Position numbers and translations under genes: made by a program. 64,000 nucleotides of DNA from NCBI GenBank assembly GCA_045636465.1, contig JAZTXP010000044.1, forward strand, positions 628-64,627, in the 5' to 3' direction. The DNA comes from Eubacteriales bacterium. Lineage in GTDB: Bacteria > Bacillota > Clostridia > Oscillospirales > CAG-272. Below, in pieces: positions 7,214 through 15,167 of the stretch (positions are counted from its first letter, which is position 1; each line of letters opens with the position of its first letter). The notes under the pieces are model-generated. The model was not told where the DNA came from. It was given only the letters and a program-made list of their open reading frames with translations, and searched no databases.

Positions 7214-9346
7214 ATGAAAGCAAAAATAGACGTTAAAAAGATGATTTGTATTATTGCTTCGGTGATTTTTACAATTTTCTTCATATACCTTGCCATATCC
7301 CACTTCAGTAATTCTTATCTAAGACTTGGAGAGACATTCGGTGACCTTTGGAACTCAATGAAATACTATTTCTTTGAGATATTCGAGATGGATCACGATA
7401 CGGTCGCCACAGTCAAAGATTATTCAGAGATTATGAAGTGGGATGTTTCTATTCCCGAGACTCCCGAAGATGCAAAGGTTGATATAGATAACTATATGAA
7501 TCTGCTTGTAGATAAAGAAAACCTTAACTATTACAACTACACCGTAGGAGTAAAGATAGGAGATTTTGCGAGGCTATTACTAATTTTGCTCCCGTTTGGA
7601 GTATTACTTGTAATTTTGATTAAGATGCTTTATCTGAGACCTAACCACAAGCATGGCAAGGAAACAATGCCGCTTATAGTGTTTAAGACTATAACAAAAT
7701 ATACATATCACCCGGTAAAACGAGTGATTTTAGGGTATTGGAGCTTCTTACAGGAAAACAGAAACATACTAAACCTATGGCTTATAATTTGGCTTATGAA
7801 CCTGAACCTTATGAGCATTATTGTAGCCTTCGTTGCTTACTATCTCTACTTCTCGGTAAGCTGCGATATTTTAGGCTTATACGGTCAGTTGGTAAAGCTA
7901 ATACTCGACCTTGAGGTAGCAGTTAAAACGGTGCCACTCTACATATTTCTTCCGTTCCTTTGGGTAATGTTTGAGAATTTCAGACGGACAATAGCCGCCG
8001 GTATTCTTAATCACTTTGAAATGAAGAATAGAGGCTTTATTAACTCACTCCCCATTGTGTCTATGACCTGCGGCAGTATGGGTAAGAAGAAAACAACGCT
8101 TATTACAGATATGGCTCTATCCCAAGAGGTAATGTTCAGACAAAAAGCGTACGAGCTACTAAAGGTAAACGATATGCGCTTTCCCAACTTCCCTTGGATA
8201 TGCTTTGAGTTAGACCTTCGTACTGCTATGGATTACGGACAAGTCTATAATTTAGCCACCGTAAGAGAATGGGTTGAGAAGAAGCGAGCAAGATACGAAA
8301 AGCATGGTGATCCAAAGAAAAGACTCTACGGATATGACGTTCAGAGGTACGGTGAATGGTATGACGATAACCTCAAAATATGGCATATTTATGACGTGCT
8401 ATATAACTATGCACAGTTATACTTTATCTACGTTATAGAATCCTCGCTTATTGTTTCAAACTATTCCATAAGGACGGATAACGAGCTAATTGATGCAGGT
8501 AATTTTCCCAAATGGGCTTGCGATTTCTTCCCGGAGTTCACCAACGATGAAGGACGCTATTCCCATATCCTTGACTTTGACGTTCTCAGGCTCGGCAAGA
8601 AGGTTATTGAGAACAACCCCAACGCAGGCAGCTTTGAGTTCGGTGTAGTAGTAATATCCGAGGTAGGTAAAGAGCGAGGTAATAACCTTGAGAATAGAGA
8701 GATTAAACGGAATACCGATCAGACAAATCAGAAAAACGACCTTTTCAACTCTTGGCTTAAGATGTGTAGGCATTCTGCGACCGTAGATAACTATCCCTTC
8801 ATTAAGGTATTTACTGACGAGCAAAGACCTGAAAGCTGGGGTGCAGATGCAAGAGATCTCTGCGACATCCTCTACATAGAATCTAACGGCAAACAGAAGC
8901 TTGCCATGCCTTTCTATACCATAGAGGAAATGCTTGTGGAATGGGCTTTCAAGGGCTTTATTAACCTTTATTATATGATGCGTTATCTTCGTGGAGATAC
9001 TACGCTTTTCATATACGTATTAAAGCTCATAACCTCTTGGCTCTACCAAAGGAACGCAGGACTTTACAACCGCTTTGGATACTGTCTTACACATATAGCA
9101 AAAGAGCGAGGAACGATGGATGGCGAGGCTGAAAAGAAGAAATATTACGTAATTAACAAGAAGATATACAGTAGAAGATTTACAACAGACTGCTTTAGCG
9201 ATTACTTTAATGAACTTGCGAGAAAATCTCATATAGGACTTAACGATTATATTGAATACGAAACCGAACGAGCGAGTGTAGAGGAACTTAAAATGCAGAA
9301 CAGCTATTTTATTAACGCACTATATTCAAACGCAGGCTCTAACTGA
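7214..9346 (+). CDS. Polytopic membrane protein with a C-terminal deviant P-loop NTPase-like domain (candidate assembly/extrusion ATPase, Zot/pI-like in function)
   Basis: About five hydrophobic helices lie in residues 1-255. They are followed by GSMGKKKTT (nt 8072-8098), a Walker-B-like VVVISE, and MCRHS...VFTDEQ, which resembles the HRH...TQ segment of Zot-family ATPases. Confidence 0.45.
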   Translation: MKAKIDVKKMICIIASVIFTIFFIYLAISHFSNSYLRLGETFGDLWNSMKYYFFEIFEMDHDTVATVKDYSEIMKWDVSIPETPEDAKVDIDNYMNLLVDKENLNYYNYTVGVKIGDFARLLLILLPFGVLLVILIKMLYLRPNHKHGKETMPLIVFKTITKYTYHPVKRVILGYWSFLQENRNILNLWLIIWLMNLNLMSIIVAFVAYYLYFSVSCDILGLYGQLVKLILDLEVAVKTVPLYIFLPFLWVMFENFRRTIAAGILNHFEMKNRGFINSLPIVSMTCGSMGKKKTTLITDMALSQEVMFRQKAYELLKVNDMRFPNFPWICFELDLRTAMDYGQVYNLATVREWVEKKRARYEKHGDPKKRLYGYDVQRYGEWYDDNLKIWHIYDVLYNYAQLYFIYVIESSLIVSNYSIRTDNELIDAGNFPKWACDFFPEFTNDEGRYSHILDFDVLRLGKKVIENNPNAGSFEFGVVVISEVGKERGNNLENREIKRNTDQTNQKNDLFNSWLKMCRHSATVDNYPFIKVFTDEQRPESWGADARDLCDILYIESNGKQKLAMPFYTIEEMLVEWAFKGFINLYYMMRYLRGDTTLFIYVLKLITSWLYQRNAGLYNRFGYCLTHIAKERGTMDGEAEKKKYYVINKKIYSRRFTTDCFSDYFNELARKSHIGLNDYIEYETERASVEELKMQNSYFINALYSNAGSN

Positions 9347-9390
9347 CGGCGTTACGGTTAAATCCAAAGGTCTGCGTAAAAAGGAGGTAT

Positions 9391-10464
9391 ATGGCTTATG
9401 CCGAAGCGAAGGTCTATTTTGATGGGAGTCACTATATAGCGATACCCCACACAACAAGACCATCAAAAGCAAGATGCTCACCATTGGAAGAAAGAGTTGA
9501 GGTTAAAGCCGACACTCTTAAAGACAAATTTATTGAAAATGCGACAGAAAGCACGGCCCCTTTACCGGGGTACGTGCCTTTTGAGCTGGAAGAAATTGAA
9601 GTTGATGATATTGAAGATGTTTTTGGAGCATTTGAAAATAATGAAACTGATGAATCTGATAATAACGCCCCCGAATCCCCTTCACCAAGATTTGCTACTA
9701 AAAAAGAAATTTTTGAAGAGCATTACAAAGAGTGTTGTCATATGCGAAGGCACGAACGCAAAAAGGCTTTGATAGAAAGGATGCGTCCGTATTTTGATAC
9801 GGAGGAAAAAACACGACTTTACGTTACTGTCAACATTGAGCGAAAACTGCGTAATCTTATTTGCAGAAGAATAAGGCTTTCAAGGAAGGCAAATCTACAA
9901 GAGTTCAATTATTTCTGCACGTTTACTTACAATGATAAACTCCACGACGAAGAAAGCTTTAAGAGAAAGCTAAGACATACCATCTCGAATTTCAGCAAAA
10001 GAAAAGCGTGGAAATACATAGGTGTATGGGAACGCTCTCCCGAAAAGAAACGCCTTCATTTTCACGGTCTATTTTATATTCCTGATGGCACGATGCCGGG
10101 CATTTTAATTCAAAAAGAAGATTATAATTTTAATACCAGAAGGCGACAGATAACCAATCAAAACACCTATTTTAACGAAAAGTTTGGTAGGTCAGACTTT
10201 GAGAGTATTGACGAACCGAGTCGAAAAGGTACAGCATTAGCGTATATAATCAAGTATATTGAAAAAACAGGAGAGAAAATCGTTTACTCTAAAGGACTGC
10301 CTCAATTTTTCATCTCAGATATTCTCGAAAGTGATGTTGTAACTACCATAGGATCAGAAGATACAAAGCTGTTATTATTTGATGATTTCAGCTGCATTGA
10401 CGAGGGGTGCTATATAGGTGTCGTAAGCTCTGACGTGATAGAGCAACTTCGTAAAGCCAACTAA
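9391..10464 (+). CDS. Rolling-circle replication initiator (HUH endonuclease, two-tyrosine phiX174-A-like type)
   Basis: Motifs in canonical order: FCTFTY (I), RLHFHGLFYI (HUH, II), AYIIKYIEK (III, Y285 and Y289 at nt 10243 and 10255). Compare the phiX174 A protein motif YVAKYVNK. Confidence 0.75.
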   Translation: MAYAEAKVYFDGSHYIAIPHTTRPSKARCSPLEERVEVKADTLKDKFIENATESTAPLPGYVPFELEEIEVDDIEDVFGAFENNETDESDNNAPESPSPRFATKKEIFEEHYKECCHMRRHERKKALIERMRPYFDTEEKTRLYVTVNIERKLRNLICRRIRLSRKANLQEFNYFCTFTYNDKLHDEESFKRKLRHTISNFSKRKAWKYIGVWERSPEKKRLHFHGLFYIPDGTMPGILIQKEDYNFNTRRRQITNQNTYFNEKFGRSDFESIDEPSRKGTALAYIIKYIEKTGEKIVYSKGLPQFFISDILESDVVTTIGSEDTKLLLFDDFSCIDEGCYIGVVSSDVIEQLRKAN

Positions 10465-10532
10465 AAATCAAAAATTACATAAGGGCTCAAACAAAGGTTT
10501 TAACAACGCAACTTTTAACCGACAGAAGAAAC

Positions 10533-10572
10533 AACGGGCGAGTCGGCAAGCGGTTTAGCGCCGCCGCCCGTT
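10533..10572 (+). terminator. GC-rich hairpin (aacgggcg / cgcccgtt, 24-nt loop) followed by a T-rich tract. Possible rep terminator or ori-associated structure.
   Basis: Read directly. It lies 70 nt downstream of the rep stop codon. Confidence 0.35.
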
Positions 10573-10618
10573 CTTTGTCGGTATTGCGTTTCCTTTGTTC
10601 CGTTTGTTTTTGTTTTTT

Positions 10619-10681
10619 GGGCGTGTGCTTGGCTCGGCGGAGCGCAGCGACTCCGACTTGTATCAAGACAAGCACACGCCC
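10619..10681. promoter_or_regulatory. Candidate plus-strand origin: 13-bp perfect GC-rich stem (gggcgtgtgcttg / caagcacacgccc) with a 37-nt loop containing ACTTG/TATCAAG
   Basis: The stem was verified base by base. It is markedly GC-rich in an AT-rich locus. It lies directly between rep and the iterons, the usual RCR ori layout. Confidence 0.5.
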
Positions 10682-10699
10682 TGTAGTCACACACCTAAC

Positions 10700-10732
10700 T
10701 TTACCCAAACTTTTCCCCAACTTTACCCAAAC
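10700..10732 (+). repeat. Right iteron array: tttacccaaac, ttttccccaac, tttacccaaac (3 x 11 bp)
   Basis: Read directly. It sits 19 nt downstream of the GC-rich hairpin and is an inverted copy of 665-697. Confidence 0.75.
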
Positions 10733-10783
10733 TGTAACTGACATAAAAAAAGGGAGAGCTTTTTACACTCTCCCTATCAAGTA

Positions 10784-11098
10784 TTACGTTGTAAATAGAC
10801 CATAGATTTTATCGTATAGCGTAATCGCTTTACAAGGTCGCTCTTGATATGTCATTTCCTGTATTTCGGGTTTACCTTTATCAATTGCACGAAGCATTAT
10901 TTTGTTCGATAACTCTTTAAGTGTCGGGAAGGTGCTTTCGATAATGTTCTCATTAGCACCGACTTCAAGTATCTTGAAGCCTTTTTGCACGAGGTATGAG
11001 CTGAACTGCCAAAGCTTCTCAAACATACCGTTTGAGTCAAGTATCACCGATATATCTTTTTCTGGGTGATACGCTGTAATTCTAAAGTAATTTGCCAT
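10784..11098 (-). CDS. Hypothetical protein (104 aa), last gene of the minus-strand accessory operon
   Basis: AGGAGG RBS 7 nt upstream. No motif recognised. Confidence 0.5.
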   Translation of the reverse strand: MANYFRITAYHPEKDISVILDSNGMFEKLWQFSSYLVQKGFKILEVGANENIIESTFPTLKELSNKIMLRAIDKGKPEIQEMTYQERPCKAITLYDKIYGLFTT

Positions 11099-11111
11099 TT
11101 GTAAGTCCTCC

Positions 11112-12425
11112 TTATGCGGCTATTTTCTTTAACTGCCTTTTTGCGTATGGCAGCCATTTGGTGTTTATGTATGTAGTAATGTCATCTGCCGGCTTTGTAT
11201 TGCCGTTTGCATAACATTGTAGTATCTTCTTTGATCTCAACGAGTATTCCATAGTAACAAGTGGAACGTCTGGTGCGTCTGCACTACGAATAAAGAATAT
11301 AAGCGTTTCTTCACGAGCGAATTTTTGCTCATATCCCATTCTTCCGACACAGTGGTGTAATGCTTCACCTTCAGCCTTAAGCTCCGCCGGACTCTTTGCT
11401 ATGATAACAAGATAAGCAGTATTTTTGTCCTTTTGCATAGGCAGATACTTTTCTGCAACAGCATTAAACTTTTCGTAAAACTCAGCACGTTCCTTTTTAT
11501 CGTTTTCGATCCTTAATGCGTTGGCTTCATCAACACGAATGTCGTGCCAATGCATAAAATCATGTGGATAACGATTTTTAGGCTCGTCCATATTCAAGCC
11601 GAGATATATACAAGCCTTTGCGTAGTCAAGATATAATCTATGCGACAGTTTTTTACTGCGGATATATTCAAAGTATTTCTTGTAATCACCCTTAATGACG
11701 TCACGAATAGGCTTAAAATCTTTCTCTCGACAGAAGCATTTTTTCTCTTGCTCGAATTTTTGTGTTTCGTCAAGAGGTGTACCTCTGCGATAGGATGCGA
11801 GGATTGTGGAAACGTAATAGTAATTTCTTTTTAGTTCATCACGGTTACGGGCAATCCATTTTCTGAACTTCTTATCCTTGCCGAGCTTTTGGAGAAGTTG
11901 TATACTATCTGCATATCTTTCAAGACCGAGCTTAACAACATATTCAACCTGCGGATATTTATTATAGATGCGAAGATATTTGAGAATATCTAAGTATGGA
12001 TACTGCTCCCAAGCGGCATATTTGTATTCCGGTAATTTTGCAAGGTATTCTTTATTTACTAAGGGAGCCCATGGATCAAAGTATTTATCATAGTTCCACC
12101 CCCATTCTTTATCTTCATACCATCTCGGAGTTTTTGAAAGTCCTTCTTCATACCAACCTACAGAAAGCGTCCCCATAAAGTGTCGGCACAGGTCTTTTAC
12201 AAAGCATATATCCGAGTCAATGCCGTGTATAGCAACCTGTTTGTAATGCCAATCGTTTCTGTTGTTTCTGACAGCTACTGTAACTTTAACAAGCTCACCG
12301 TCATTTTTAGTAAGATATGAATAAAATCTTACTTGCTTTGTAGGTTTTTTTACTTGCTGATTATCCAGCTTTTTGATCTTTTCAACTATATATTTAGGAA
12401 CGGGCTTAATCTTTTCCATCTTCAT
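11112..12425 (-). CDS. PcfJ-like protein
   Basis: The C-terminal EGEALHHCVGRMGYEQKF...LIFFIRS...VTMEYSL...ILQCYANGN matches the PcfJ-domain signature. TAATG overlap with the upstream PcfK-like gene, as in pCF10-type pairs. Confidence 0.65.
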   Translation of the reverse strand: MKMEKIKPVPKYIVEKIKKLDNQQVKKPTKQVRFYSYLTKNDGELVKVTVAVRNNRNDWHYKQVAIHGIDSDICFVKDLCRHFMGTLSVGWYEEGLSKTPRWYEDKEWGWNYDKYFDPWAPLVNKEYLAKLPEYKYAAWEQYPYLDILKYLRIYNKYPQVEYVVKLGLERYADSIQLLQKLGKDKKFRKWIARNRDELKRNYYYVSTILASYRRGTPLDETQKFEQEKKCFCREKDFKPIRDVIKGDYKKYFEYIRSKKLSHRLYLDYAKACIYLGLNMDEPKNRYPHDFMHWHDIRVDEANALRIENDKKERAEFYEKFNAVAEKYLPMQKDKNTAYLVIIAKSPAELKAEGEALHHCVGRMGYEQKFAREETLIFFIRSADAPDVPLVTMEYSLRSKKILQCYANGNTKPADDITTYINTKWLPYAKRQLKKIAA

Positions 12426-13417
12426 TACAATCTCACCTCCAAGTCATTACCAAACAATCCTGATATAGCAGCGATAAGCTCTTTTTCTTCACGCTTACGC
12501 TTTTCGTCAATGCTTTCATTTTTGCTTTCTTCTTCGGGCATTTCAATTACTTCTCCCGTTTCTATATTTACAGTACCTTTAACCGCGGATTTTACAGTAA
12601 GGTCATCGTTTTCTGCTATAATCAAGGTCAAGCCCTTATCGGTCAACTTATCGTAATAAACGTCTGCTCTATGATAGGGGAATCCAACCATCGGGACTCT
12701 GTGTTTTAGTCCCATATCACGACTTGTAAGAGTAAGCTCTATAAGTTCGCTTACTTGTACTGCGCCATAACCGAACACTTCATAAAAATCTCCAATACGC
12801 ATACAAACCACGTAATCGGGATATTGATTCTGAATAGCCATATATTTTTGGAACAGCGGCGAGCCTTTTGGATCTTCTTCTACGACCACCTCTACCGGCT
12901 CTGCTATGGGTTCTTCAACTACCGTTTCAATAGTTTCTTCAACGACTTCTTTAACCGTTTCTTCCGTATCATTAACAACGGGAGTATCGTTTGAAAAATC
13001 AAAGAGCGATAACTGTTCCGACTCCGGCTTTTTAGCTACGGGCGGTGTATATGTAGTTGTAAGTGTTGTAGTTGTTTTCTTAACAACAGGCTTCGGTGCT
13101 TTATACTCGCTGCCGTCCTCGTTGTAGAGCATACCAATGATGCTTTCTTCCTCGAAATAGTGGATAGCCCAACCGAAAACAACGTCGCTTCTGACACAAG
13201 CCGCTGAAGCACCTTTTTCTGCTTGCTTTCTTGCTTCATCTGTTGCATATTTCATAAAGCCATCAAGCGTTTTTTTGTTGATAAGAGTTTTACCGTCTTT
13301 TTCAATATGGACACCGTTATTTATCTTTTCTGCAAGCGTTTCACTTGCATTTTCTTCAAGATATTTCTTAATAAGTTCTTGTTCTGTACCTTTTGCGGTG
13401 AGATTTAATGTAATCAT
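12425..13417 (-). CDS. Fusion protein: PcfK/AcrIIA9-like N-terminal domain, acidic T/V/E-rich linker with a QLSLF beta-clamp-binding motif, and MutS domain I (mismatch-binding domain)
   Basis: N-terminus: LIKKYLEENASE...ACVRSDVVFGWAIHYFEEESI (PcfK-like). QLSLF at nt 13001-13015. Residues 185-270 (SPLFQKYMAIQNQYPDYVVCMRIGDFYEVF...VPMVGFPYHRADVYYDKLTDKGLTLIIAE) align colinearly with E. coli MutS [30 protein letters not shown]...[29 protein letters not shown]. Confidence 0.75.
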   Translation of the reverse strand: MITLNLTAKGTEQELIKKYLEENASETLAEKINNGVHIEKDGKTLINKKTLDGFMKYATDEARKQAEKGASAACVRSDVVFGWAIHYFEEESIIGMLYNEDGSEYKAPKPVVKKTTTTLTTTYTPPVAKKPESEQLSLFDFSNDTPVVNDTEETVKEVVEETIETVVEEPIAEPVEVVVEEDPKGSPLFQKYMAIQNQYPDYVVCMRIGDFYEVFGYGAVQVSELIELTLTSRDMGLKHRVPMVGFPYHRADVYYDKLTDKGLTLIIAENDDLTVKSAVKGTVNIETGEVIEMPEEESKNESIDEKRKREEKELIAAISGLFGNDLEVRL

Positions 13418-13720
13418 TTATAAGTCCTCCTTTTTATTGTTTTTCGTAAAAGAACAAAAAGCCCCTTTCTGTTTCCAGAAGGGTACTTCATGCCAGATGC
13501 CATCTCTGAACTCTGACTTCTTTATTGGTATGATAACCCACTCGGGCTTTTTAAGCGGGCGATTAGATAAGGTTGCCAACGACGGAAAGCGTAAATACAT
13601 TTCTTTCATCTCCTTAGCTTCTCTATAAGTGCGAGTAATAAACCGTCTTATGTAGTTTTTACAGCCTTTTTCTTTATAGCAGACCTTATAGCCATACGGA
13701 TTATGTAAATTAGGCTTCAT
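13418..13720 (-). CDS. Small strongly basic hypothetical protein (100 aa)
   Basis: ATGA overlap with the upstream gene. Basic composition within an otherwise acidic operon. Confidence 0.45.
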   Translation of the reverse strand: MKPNLHNPYGYKVCYKEKGCKNYIRRFITRTYREAKEMKEMYLRFPSLATLSNRPLKKPEWVIIPIKKSEFRDGIWHEVPFWKQKGAFCSFTKNNKKEDL

Positions 13721-14253
13721 ACAACACCGTATAACCTTTCTGCCACTCTTGGCAAAGCCGAGTAGAAGTTAGTATTCATAATCGTGTTATGCAGCTCTCG
13801 ATCGTGAGCAAAGTAGTTTCTATCGGCAAACTCATAACCCTTTTTAGTAAGTTTTTTAAGCTCATAGCTGTCCGAACCGTCGTGATGATGTCCAGAAATG
13901 AAAAAATGACCGTTTTCATCATAGAACTTAACAAAGTCCAAATGACGAATACAGTCAAGCAGATCATCTATACTACGAATAAACTTACCACCACGAGAAG
14001 GACCGTCCCACCTACCACACGTTCCTGTAAGCAGGTAACAATCCTTTTCGAGTAAATACTCAAGATCGGCTCTGAAGTCATCCCAATCTCGGCGCTGCTG
14101 TTCTTCCATCTCGTGATAAACTACGCAGTCGGGAATCTCTTCTTCTGATATCCAGCCTTCTTCTTCGGCAAAAGTTTCAAACAGATAATTCTTAACCGAG
14201 TTAAAGCTTTGAACGTCGTTATCATCATAAAATACAGTGGTTTTAGTTTTCAT
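13717..14253 (-). CDS. Hypothetical acidic protein (178 aa)
   Basis: AAAGGAG RBS. No motif recognised. Confidence 0.5.
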   Translation of the reverse strand: MKTKTTVFYDDNDVQSFNSVKNYLFETFAEEEGWISEEEIPDCVVYHEMEEQQRRDWDDFRADLEYLLEKDCYLLTGTCGRWDGPSRGGKFIRSIDDLLDCIRHLDFVKFYDENGHFFISGHHHDGSDSYELKKLTKKGYEFADRNYFAHDRELHNTIMNTNFYSALPRVAERLYGVV

Positions 14254-14268
14254 TTTTATTCTCCTTTC

Positions 14269-14520
14269 TTATAAAATATCTTGCATAGCACTAAGGATTT
14301 CACCTTCTAAGTCAAATTCGTTAAGCTCTTCTTCGATAATTTCCTTAACATAATCTTCTAAGATAGGATCAATATCGACCTTATCAACTTTACTACGAAT
14401 AGCATCGGTGACAAGTCCTTCAATATCAAGTCTATCCAGAGCATTGTCTATAGCTTCTTCAAAATCAAAGCTATCAACAGCTTCGTGTATTTTTCTGCTG
14501 AGTTTTTCTTTGAATGTCAT
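14269..14520 (-). CDS. Small highly acidic hypothetical protein (about 83 aa)
   Basis: The start at the fifth codon (14520) avoids overlap with the upstream stop at 14523. Rich in D and E. Confidence 0.45.
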   Translation of the reverse strand: MTFKEKLSRKIHEAVDSFDFEEAIDNALDRLDIEGLVTDAIRSKVDKVDIDPILEDYVKEIIEEELNEFDLEGEILSAMQDIL

Positions 14521-14522
14521 TT

Positions 14523-15149
14523 TTAGTCCCATCCTTTCTCTTTGAATATCGGGAATATTTCTGCATAATTGTCTGTTGCCAAGGGAGAATTATCTTCAAT
14601 GCTTATTTCATCCCACGCCCACATTCCAACAAGGTCTGAAGAAGAATCATCGCTGTGATAAGTGTAATCTCCACCACCGAGTCCGTTACCTACACAAGTA
14701 AGTAAAGGGAGTGGGTGTAAACACCAGCCTTCACCCATAACGCTGTCGTTATAGTAGTTTGAACAGGTTATGTATTCTTTCTTAGTATGATTTATGAGAT
14801 ATTTTCCCTCAAGCGTAAATTCGGTTGTAGGAATGGCTATTGACGTATCTGGTTCACACCAACATCTCGTGTGATAATGCTTTATTTTCTTTTTCGTGAG
14901 TCCATTGTGAGGCTCAACAAGGTTATCTGCAAATTGGTCTGCATAATCGCCCATCCAAATAATACGAGAGCGTTTTGCATTTTCGTATATACTCTGACAA
15001 ACTGCATTGACAAAGGGGTTATACCACCACGAGTGTTCTGTGAGTTTTGCCATCATATATTCTTCTTTTCCGTCAACGATTATATTGCGGTTATAAACGG
15101 TAAGCTTTCCGTTACCTTCTTTTTTAAGTGCCTTGTAATATTGTCCCAT
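14523..15149 (-). CDS. Hypothetical protein (208 aa)
   Basis: AAAGGAG RBS 7 nt upstream. Contains GNGLGGGDY. Function not recognised. Confidence 0.5.
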   Translation of the reverse strand: MGQYYKALKKEGNGKLTVYNRNIIVDGKEEYMMAKLTEHSWWYNPFVNAVCQSIYENAKRSRIIWMGDYADQFADNLVEPHNGLTKKKIKHYHTRCWCEPDTSIAIPTTEFTLEGKYLINHTKKEYITCSNYYNDSVMGEGWCLHPLPLLTCVGNGLGGGDYTYHSDDSSSDLVGMWAWDEISIEDNSPLATDNYAEIFPIFKEKGWD

Positions 15150-15167
15150 TTTATATCTCCTTTCTGA

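Larger units (their letters stand above)
665..10732 (+). mobile_element. Iteron-bounded, unidirectional virus-like module (candidate integrated ssDNA phage / RCR element)
   Basis: Twelve co-oriented ORFs carry strong SD sequences and are tightly packed. The module encodes an RCR Rep, a membrane P-loop protein and many TM or secreted proteins. Inverted iteron arrays sit at both borders. Confidence 0.5.

Noticed and set aside
7214-9346. Reading the 710-aa membrane NTPase as a conjugative type IV coupling protein
   Set aside because: No VirB4-like ATPase, relaxase, VirB6-like protein or peptidoglycan hydrolase of a T4SS set is nearby, and the P-loop is deviant. I keep it only as an alternative to test.
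9497-9772. 91-aa alternative-frame ORF inside rep (a possible A*-like or overlapping gene)
   Set aside because: It has no RBS and a low-complexity Leu/Lys-rich translation. The sequence alone gives no support.
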